Shown: one piece after another, positions 58,048 through 64,000 of the stretch | Layout of the letters: every line of letters begins with the position of its first letter | How positions within the stretch are numbered: the stretch's first letter is position 1 | IMG/VR virus record: IMGVR_UViG_2915168811_000001 | Length of the DNA: 64,000 bases | DNA from: a virus | Strand: one strand, 5' to 3' | The notes under the pieces: generated by a model | What the model was told of the DNA's origin: nothing | Database searches by the model: none | What the model saw: the letters and a program-made list of their open reading frames with translations, nothing else | Made by a program: the position numbers and the translations under genes

Positions 58048-58637
58048 TTCACCTCCAAGTCTGCGAGAGTCCCGTCGTTCAGGACTACGGCATCGAAATC
58101 GCCCGCGGTGAGCGCATGCTCGGACACATGATCTGAGCCGGCCGCGACCGGGTGACCCGGACGTTGGACCCATACGGTTTCGCCACCAAGCGTGGCCACC
58201 ATGCTGAGCTCGTTCGGAAACCGCACGCCAGTGACGAGGACTGTCGATCCAGCCTGCTGATGTGTGCGGATGCGACGGCTCACCTCATTCACCCAGGCGT
58301 CCTCACAAAGCTGACGGACAACGTCGGTGCCGAGCGCCTGCAGCATAGCCCGAACCTTCGGTACCCGCTTCGCCTCCACGTAGCCGGCCAGCTGAACGAC
58401 TCGGCTGACCAGCATCAGACCGCTCAACAGCGACCCATCAGGCAGCGTCACTAGGTCTTCGTTCTTGACGAGCACGAGCGGATCGATTTTTAGAAGCGCC
58501 TCAAGCAGAGGGTCGCTCATCCCAATCACCACAGCGTCGCTCCCGAGCTGCTCAGCGATGAAATTCGCCAGCGCGTCCTTACCGTGCTCCTTCGGGCCGC
58601 CGAGGCCGATCAGGCGAGGGGCGGGCGCCCCGTTCAT
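58020..58637 (-). CDS. Phage-type deoxynucleoside monophosphate kinase
   Basis: IGLGGPKEHGKD, R.MLQALGTD..R, VRFPNE, HVSE. Confidence 0.8.
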   Translation of the reverse strand: MNGAPAPRLIGLGGPKEHGKDALANFIAEQLGSDAVVIGMSDPLLEALLKIDPLVLVKNEDLVTLPDGSLLSGLMLVSRVVQLAGYVEAKRVPKVRAMLQALGTDVVRQLCEDAWVNEVSRRIRTHQQAGSTVLVTGVRFPNELSMVATLGGETVWVQRPGHPVAAGSDHVSEHALTAGDFDAVVLNDGTLADLEVKSALLVQTH

Positions 58638-58738
58638 ACCCGGCCCAGGAATCGGCGGCATTCGCAGCCACCAACGCCGCAGGACTTCTCGCCCGCATGA
58701 GCGCTCTTGCGGTGCTCGCACCACTGACAATCAGGCAT
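58634..58738 (-). CDS. 34-aa Cys/His microprotein (not in ORF track)
   Basis: MPDCQWCEHRKSAHAGEKSCGVGGCECRRFLGRV; SD GAGGAGG; ATGA overlap with the kinase. Confidence 0.65.
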   Translation of the reverse strand: MPDCQWCEHRKSAHAGEKSCGVGGCECRRFLGRV

Positions 58739-58789
58739 GATGCCCTCCTCGAAGTTGATGGGTCGCCCGGATGGCTAGCCCTCCATTAC

Positions 58790-58801
58790 AGGTATGCGCG
58801 G
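58790..58801 (-). promoter_or_regulatory. Class I box variant CCGCGCATACCT
   Basis: Upstream of the microprotein/kinase unit. Confidence 0.7.
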
Positions 58802-58856
58802 CGGGCTGTGAGGATCGCTCCTTCCGCAGAGCTACGTCTCGGCGTAGCCTGTCGGC

Positions 58857-59549
58857 ATGTGCGGACGCGTGATCGTGGACTACGACGAGATGATGCCAGT
58901 GGCGTCCGAATCGATGCTGGCCGACTGGTTATCCGGTATCCCGGAAGGCGCGGAGTCATCCTGGAACCTGAAACCCACACAGGGTCTTCCGATCGCGTTC
59001 ACGTCGCCGAAGGATGAAGCGAAGCGCTTCGAACTCGCCCATTGGTCACTGGTGCCTCCGTGGTCGAAGACGCTCACCTCGAAATACCCGACGTTCAACG
59101 CCCGCAGCGAGACGGTCACCGAGAAGCCAACGTTCAAGAACGCGGTGAAATCGAACCGATGCGTGATCCCGGTTTCCGGCTTCTACGAGTGGACCGGCCC
59201 GAAGGGCGACCGCACCCCGCACGCGATCTTCGGCCCATCCAAACTACTGCCGATGGCCGGGATTTACTCCTGGTGGCGCGACCCTGAAGCGCCGGAGGGT
59301 GAAGGATGGACCCTCACCGCGACGATCCTGACTCGCGCGTCGGCGGGAGTGATGGAGCAGATCCACGACCGCATGCCCGTGTTCCTCGACGACGAACTGA
59401 TGGGTGACTGGCTCGACCCCGGAACGGTCGGGGACCAGCTGCTCGTCGACGCCGTCTCGGAAGCCGCGGTGCCCTACTCAGAGCTTCTGCGCGAGCACGT
59501 AGTCGGACCGCTGCGGGGTGACGGGCCCGAGCTGCTGCTGCCCGTCTAG
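58857..59549 (+). CDS. SRAP/HMCES abasic-site protein
   Basis: MCGR start, FNARSET, GFYEW, IHDRMPV; leaderless after TAGCCT. Confidence 0.93.
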   Translation: MCGRVIVDYDEMMPVASESMLADWLSGIPEGAESSWNLKPTQGLPIAFTSPKDEAKRFELAHWSLVPPWSKTLTSKYPTFNARSETVTEKPTFKNAVKSNRCVIPVSGFYEWTGPKGDRTPHAIFGPSKLLPMAGIYSWWRDPEAPEGEGWTLTATILTRASAGVMEQIHDRMPVFLDDELMGDWLDPGTVGDQLLVDAVSEAAVPYSELLREHVVGPLRGDGPELLLPV

Positions 59550-59558
59550 GGTTGAGCC

Positions 59559-60020
59559 ATGGAGAACCGGAAACCTCTCGACAAAGAGCTGATGCCGCGC
59601 TCGTACTATTACGTTCTCATGATTTTCGCGACACCGCTTGGACTGCATCGTTTCGCCACCGGGCACAAGAAACATGCGATGCTGTTTCTTGGCACTTTCG
59701 GGCTGGGGCTGGGCTTCGTCACCTTTGCGGAAGCTTTCGGGGAGACCGGAAAACCTATTGCCGGTGGCATCGGATTCGCGCTGCTCGTCGTGTTCCTGCT
59801 TCTGCTTATCACGGACCTGGTGATGTACCCGTTCGCCGTGGGAGCGCTTTACGATCGGGTGCTGAATTCGCGCCGCATGAAAGCCCTGCAACTCAGCGCA
59901 GCAAACGCCCCCGCTGCTGACGCAGCGCCGGAGCCCCTGCTGCCACCTCTCCCGGCCCCCGAGAGCGCATCACTTTACGAGCACCTGCGCTCCGACCCGA
60001 ATCGACGAAGCGTTTCCTAG
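59559..60020 (+). CDS. TM2-domain-like membrane protein
   Basis: LGLHRF.TG; hydrophobic segments. Confidence 0.7.
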   Translation: MENRKPLDKELMPRSYYYVLMIFATPLGLHRFATGHKKHAMLFLGTFGLGLGFVTFAEAFGETGKPIAGGIGFALLVVFLLLLITDLVMYPFAVGALYDRVLNSRRMKALQLSAANAPAADAAPEPLLPPLPAPESASLYEHLRSDPNRRSVS

Positions 60021-60041
60021 ACGGCGACGGTCAGCGCGAGC

Positions 60042-60917
60042 TCACAGGGTGATGAGCATGTTGCGCGGTTGGGTCCGCTTCGGGAACGGGGTGCGCATAT
60101 TCTTCTTGCAGCCGTGATGGGCAGAGTATGTGCGATGCATCGCGACCATTGCGATACCTTCACTCTTCTTAACTACTTCGCCACAGAAGTGACACTTCTG
60201 CCGGCCCGGTGCCGGACCTGTCTCAAGAAGCTTGTCCCACTCAATTGCATGGGTGAACATCTGTTTCACGACGTCGTCCGGCTCACCGTTCATAGCGAAA
60301 AGCAATGCCGCTCGTGCTGCGTCGCGTCGTATTGCGCCGGGGCTGCTTGCGGCTTCTGCGAAACCGGGGATCAGCTCGGCCAGACGGCCCTGCTCTGAAT
60401 CAAAAGTTGGCTTCTTCGTCAGCAGCGGCTCAGGGTCGCGAGGCCCTTCCAACGCCTCGGGGATCCAGACGACTTTGGCGTATGTCGCGTCGATGACGTA
60501 ATCCTCCCCATCTTCGAGCTCCTCATCCTCGTCAGGGGCGAGGGACTGCATGGCGAACATATTGTCGACGATTTCTCTGACCTTCGGATTGTGGTCGATC
60601 GCATGCTTATCTGGGCCAAGAACCTTCGCAAGATTCCAGTGATCGTCTTCCTCGCCGAATCCCAGAATGAGGTATTCAGCTTCAGGATGCTCAGCCTGCA
60701 CGAGGTACGCCGCATTTTGCAGCAGCAGCTTCTCTTTGCGCAGCTGAGCGATGGCAATCTGCTCGGTGATGGCTGCGAGCTCGTTTTCGTTCATCGACTG
60801 GACGGCGAGCGGCGGACCAGAAGCTTCAGTGCGATGCGCCTGCGCGAACTTCCCGCCCATGGACACTCCAGCAGTTCGGGATCCCGCATCATGGCGGCGT
60901 GCATTCAAGTTGCTCAT
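60042..60917 (-). CDS. N-terminally tagged hypothetical protein
   Basis: Tag RHDAGSRTAGVSMGGKFAQAHR; C-terminal CHFC...H.GC. Confidence 0.75.
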   Translation of the reverse strand: MSNLNARRHDAGSRTAGVSMGGKFAQAHRTEASGPPLAVQSMNENELAAITEQIAIAQLRKEKLLLQNAAYLVQAEHPEAEYLILGFGEEDDHWNLAKVLGPDKHAIDHNPKVREIVDNMFAMQSLAPDEDEELEDGEDYVIDATYAKVVWIPEALEGPRDPEPLLTKKPTFDSEQGRLAELIPGFAEAASSPGAIRRDAARAALLFAMNGEPDDVVKQMFTHAIEWDKLLETGPAPGRQKCHFCGEVVKKSEGIAMVAMHRTYSAHHGCKKNMRTPFPKRTQPRNMLITL

Positions 60918-60923
60918 GTCAGA

Positions 60924-60935
60924 AGTGATGCGCGG
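60924..60935 (-). promoter_or_regulatory. Class I box, leaderless
   Basis: CCGCGCAT + 10 nt + ATG at 60917. Confidence 0.75.
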
Positions 60936-60963
60936 GGAAGCCAGAATCAAGACTTAGGTGCAC

Positions 60964-61656
60964 TCAGCTGACAGGCAACATGACGCTCGGCCGATGCCAG
61001 TACAGCTCGTCGTAGCTTCTCTTCGAGCTGGCCACGGTGGCGATCCGGCCGTTCCATGGCAGCCAGTCGGCACCCTCCTGGTCGCAAGCGATGACCTGCC
61101 CTCGGCGCGCCTGTACCCAGTCGCTGAGCTCGGAAAAATCGATGTCCCTGTTGGAGTGCGTGTAGCGGCCGCCCCGCGTGCGATCCCATCTGCCGGCCCC
61201 TGCTTGGTAGGGCGGGTCGATGAACCAGGTCGCCTCAATGTCGGGGGCGTCCCGGTAGTCGCCGTGAACGACCTCAAAATGCCGGCAGTCGTCGATGACC
61301 TCGGCGAGATGCCTGATCATCGGATCGAAGCGAGCCGCCATGCGTTCCGTCACCCGGAACAGTGCCGGAGTATCGCGGGTGGTGCGGCCAGCCGCGAACG
61401 CGACCAGCAGGTCGTCGCACCACTCCCCCGCTGTCGGCGTCGGTCTTGCGAGGATCTCCGCGGTGCTCAGGCCGAGTAGGTGTACCCAGAGGTCGGCGAC
61501 GCGGTCATCGCGCTCCACCAGGATCACCCGGTCTACGCTGCGTCGATGGTGGACTGCGTAGCCCGCAGCGCCCGCGAAAGGTTCGACGATGGTGCGCAGC
61601 TGGGGCGCGGGATATTGGGGTGCGAGGCGGCGTTTAGCGCCGTAGAACTTGAACAC
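60964..61656 (-). CDS. Orphan Dam-like DNA adenine methyltransferase
   Basis: FYGAK, VEPFAGAAG, FIDPPY. Confidence 0.85.
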   Translation of the reverse strand: MFKFYGAKRRLAPQYPAPQLRTIVEPFAGAAGYAVHHRRSVDRVILVERDDRVADLWVHLLGLSTAEILARPTPTAGEWCDDLLVAFAAGRTTRDTPALFRVTERMAARFDPMIRHLAEVIDDCRHFEVVHGDYRDAPDIEATWFIDPPYQAGAGRWDRTRGGRYTHSNRDIDFSELSDWVQARRGQVIACDQEGADWLPWNGRIATVASSKRSYDELYWHRPSVMLPVS

Positions 61657-61818
61657 TCAGCAGGACTGATCGCAGGGGCGCGACCAGCAGGTGTAGCAGT
61701 CCACCGGCGAGTACAAGCACTGGTCGATCGCATCTCCGTCTGAGTCGAGGTCACCGTGGCAAGCAGGACATGTGCCAGCAATAGAGGGAGTGTCTACATC
61801 TGCACAGAAGTTCGCCAT
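61657..61818 (-). CDS. 53-aa Cys-rich protein
   Basis: CPAC...CYTC...CDQSC; SD GGAG. Confidence 0.65.
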   Translation of the reverse strand: MANFCADVDTPSIAGTCPACHGDLDSDGDAIDQCLYSPVDCYTCWSRPCDQSC

Positions 61819-61857
61819 GGCGCTCCAGACGGGCCGCACGGTGCAGCCTTCACCTGT

Positions 61858-61869
61858 ATTGATGCGCGG
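61858..61869 (-). promoter_or_regulatory. Class I box variant CCGCGCATCAAT + hairpin
   Basis: GGCTGCA-CCG-TGCGGCC. Confidence 0.72.
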
Positions 61870-61885
61870 TGGGGACCAAATTGGA

Positions 61886-61910
61886 TCTATTCGTAAAATA
61901 TACGAATAGA
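61886..61910. promoter_or_regulatory. NrtR-type operator palindrome
   Basis: TCTATTCGTA-AAATA-TACGAATAGA with a GT-N7-AC core, next to extended -10 TGCTACGCT. Confidence 0.7.
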
Positions 61911-61926
61911 GTGCTACGCTGTTCAC

Positions 61927-62778
61927 ATGACCACAACATTTCACGCACAGGACGCACACGGCACCGCCGCAGCGAGTGGCTTTACGCCCTTCCAATTCCC
62001 TGGAGGAGAGTGGCACCTTTGGATCGACCCCGACGCGGTGGTTGAGGAAACTCACGCCACCGTTACCGGGGCCACCGCCGATGACCTCGTACTCCTCGGG
62101 CTCTGGGCGGACGCAATGCATCAGCGAGGGCTCCGAGCCGTCGCGCATCTCCCCTATCTGCCGGCTGCTCGAGCGGACCGCGGTACACCCTTCGGAGCAA
62201 AGGTCTACGCAGCGATGCTGAACGCGGCCGAGCTGGACGAGGTCGTCGTCTTCGACCCGCACTCCCCCGTCGCGCCGGAGCTCGTCAACAACATCCGAGT
62301 CGTTCACTCCACCGACATCGTCGTGCAGCGGGTCATTCCGGCCCTCAACGGATACGGCAAGCTCGCGGGCATCATCGCCCCAGACCACGGCGCCGCCGAC
62401 CGGGCAGGCCGGGTCGCAGAAATGGCGGGGCTTCCGCTGTTCATCGCTGACAAGCACCGGGACTTCGACACCGGCAAGATCACCGGAATGAGCGTCCCTG
62501 AGCTGCCCGCTGACGGACTGCTGCTGGTCGTCGACGACATCTGCGACGGCGGCGGGACCTTCATCGGGCTCGCCGAACAGGCCGGGGTCGGCCGCGATCG
62601 GCTCGCCCTCTGGGTATCCCACGGCATCTTCTCCGGAAGCGCAGTCCGGCTGCACGACCACTTCGCCCACGTCTGGACATCCGACTCGCACCCGGGAGCT
62701 ACCGGCTCCACCGCCGGCGGCCGTGCACACATCATCGAACTCGCCCCGCACCTCGAGGCAGACAGGAACGCATCATGA
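61927..62778 (+). CDS. Prs-like pyrophosphokinase (candidate ADPR-PP synthase)
   Basis: FPGGE, PYLPAARADR, FDPHS, APDHGA, VDDICDGGGTF. Confidence 0.9.
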   Translation: MTTTFHAQDAHGTAAASGFTPFQFPGGEWHLWIDPDAVVEETHATVTGATADDLVLLGLWADAMHQRGLRAVAHLPYLPAARADRGTPFGAKVYAAMLNAAELDEVVVFDPHSPVAPELVNNIRVVHSTDIVVQRVIPALNGYGKLAGIIAPDHGAADRAGRVAEMAGLPLFIADKHRDFDTGKITGMSVPELPADGLLLVVDDICDGGGTFIGLAEQAGVGRDRLALWVSHGIFSGSAVRLHDHFAHVWTSDSHPGATGSTAGGRAHIIELAPHLEADRNAS

Positions 62779-64000
62779 ATACCAGCCGCTTCGCCCCCAT
62801 CTACCCGCTCATGCTGACCGACGTGTACAAGCTCGGCCACAAGGCTGTCTACGAGCTCGCCGGCAACACGGAGATCGTCTACTCCAACTGGACCAACCGC
62901 GGCAGCCGGATCCCCGGAGTTGAGCACGTCGTGCACTTCGGCCTGCAGGCCTTCCTGGCCAAGCTCGAGGACTGGTTCGCCCCGTTCTTCGCAGCAGACG
63001 AAGACGAGGTTGCCAGCCTGTACGAGGAGCGGCTCGCGCAGATCCTGGGCCCGAACAACATCGGCTCGGACCACATCCGCGCGCTGCACCGAAAGGGCTA
63101 CCTGCCGCTGACCTTCAGCGCCGTTCCCGAAGGGACCCCGGTGCCGCTGCGCGTACCGTCCTTCACGTTCGAGAACACCGACCCGGACTTCTTCTGGCTC
63201 ACCAACTACATCGAGTCCGTCATCTCCGCCGAGGTGTGGCAGCCGTCCACTTCAGCGACCATCGCCCGCGAGTTCCGCCACATCCTCGAAACGGGAGCGG
63301 CACGCACCGGAGCGCCGATCGAAGCGGTCGACTGGCAGGGTCACGACTTCTCCTTCCGAGGAATGTCGAGCGTAGACACCGCCGCGGCGTCCGGCGCCGG
63401 GCACCTGCTGTCCTTCACCGGCACCGACTCACTTCCGTCCCTGGACTGGATCGAGCAGTACTACGGCGGCGACTACATCGCAGGGTCCGTGGCCGCGACC
63501 GAGCACAGCGTCATGTGCACCGGCGCTGCAGTGTTCGGCGAGCGGGAGCTGTTCAGCCGCCTCATCGACCTGTATCCGACCGGCATCTTCTCCGTCGTCA
63601 GCGACACCTTCAACCTCTGGGACGTCATGACGGAGTTCCTGCCCGCCATGAAGGAGCGGATACTCGCTCGCGACGGGAAGATGGTGATCCGCCCCGACTC
63701 CGGCGACCCCGCCGACATCCTCTGCGGCACCGCCTCCTGGCCCACCGTCGGCGCGAACCCAGCCGAGCGCGGCGTCGTGGAGTTGCTCTGGGACACCTTC
63801 GGCGGCACTGTCAACGAGGCCGGCTTCAAGGTCCTCGACCCGCACGTCGGCGCGATCTACGGCGACTCCATCACCCGCGAGCGGGCGCAGAACATCATCG
63901 ACCGTCTCGCAACGAAAGGCTTCGCTTCCACCAACGTCGTCTTCGGGGTCGGGTCGTTCACGTACCAGTACAACACCCGCGACACCTTCATGAGCGCGGT
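62775..64000 (+). CDS. NAMPT/NadV-like phosphoribosyltransferase, 3'-partial (not in ORF track)
   Basis: TDVYKLGH, HDFSFRG, ATEHSVM, VSDT, IRPDSGDP, IYGDSIT; ATGA overlap. Confidence 0.93.
   Translation, partial: MNTSRFAPIYPLMLTDVYKLGHKAVYELAGNTEIVYSNWTNRGSRIPGVEHVVHFGLQAFLAKLEDWFAPFFAADEDEVASLYEERLAQILGPNNIGSDHIRALHRKGYLPLTFSAVPEGTPVPLRVPSFTFENTDPDFFWLTNYIESVISAEVWQPSTSATIAREFRHILETGAARTGAPIEAVDWQGHDFSFRGMSSVDTAAASGAGHLLSFTGTDSLPSLDWIEQYYGGDYIAGSVAATEHSVMCTGAAVFGERELFSRLIDLYPTGIFSVVSDTFNLWDVMTEFLPAMKERILARDGKMVIRPDSGDPADILCGTASWPTVGANPAERGVVELLWDTFGGTVNEAGFKVLDPHVGAIYGDSITRERAQNIIDRLATKGFASTNVVFGVGSFTYQYNTRDTFMSA

Noticed and set aside
59963-59974. Degenerate box GAGCGCATCACT
   Set aside because: Two mismatches in the core, inside a CDS, and no co-directional gene follows
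3292-61869. Repeated boxes as a CRISPR array or integron attC array
   Set aside because: Spacing is irregular (0.3-12 kb), whole genes lie between copies, there are no cas or intI genes, and no RYYYAAC/GTTRRRY ends
1-64000. Prophage interpretation
   Set aside because: Phage-like accessory genes are present, but I saw no terminase, portal, capsid or tail genes, whereas a VirB4/TcpC/hydrolase block is present. A phage-plasmid cannot be excluded from this window alone

Overview
High-GC actinobacterial DNA (host inferred from Lsr2, a ClgR-like regulator and an actinobacterial LexA box). It reads as part of a large conjugative element (megaplasmid or ICE). I saw no capsid, terminase or tail genes, no rRNA or tRNA, and no CRISPR array. 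Layout: (i) ~1-43 kb, a long co-directional cargo region of small hypotheticals plus DNA/RNA-repair and anti-defence-type genes (Lsr2, DEDDh exonuclease, two HAD phosphatases, ATP-grasp, macrodomain, LexA-controlled umuDC split by a fic gene, DprA, SF2 helicase, DarB-like MTase-SNF2 helicase, RNase H, sortase); (ii) a 4.8-kb defective serine-recombinase element (BcgI-like RM pair plus ArdA) inserted into a gene at 5646-10440; (iii) a 1.3-kb non-coding origin-like region at 43.4-44.8 kb; (iv) ssb and a conjugation block (M23 hydrolase, TcpC-like, VirB4-like); (v) more cargo, ending in a Prs-like/NAMPT-like (NARP1-type) NAD+ operon behind an NrtR-type operator. The most striking unexplained structure is an element-wide expression code. 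About 27 copies of a CCGC(G/A)CAT box sit at gene boundaries, followed either by a covarying 5' hairpin plus Shine-Dalgarno or, exactly 10 nt after the 8-nt core, by a leaderless ATG. A CCGCACATA sub-class is tied to five unrelated proteins that share a gapless 22-residue N-terminal tag R[HQ]xxGxxxAGxxxGG[RKQ][FYW]xxxxR. One tagged protein looks like a divergent sigma factor. All calls come from reading the sequence and motif knowledge; no database search was run.
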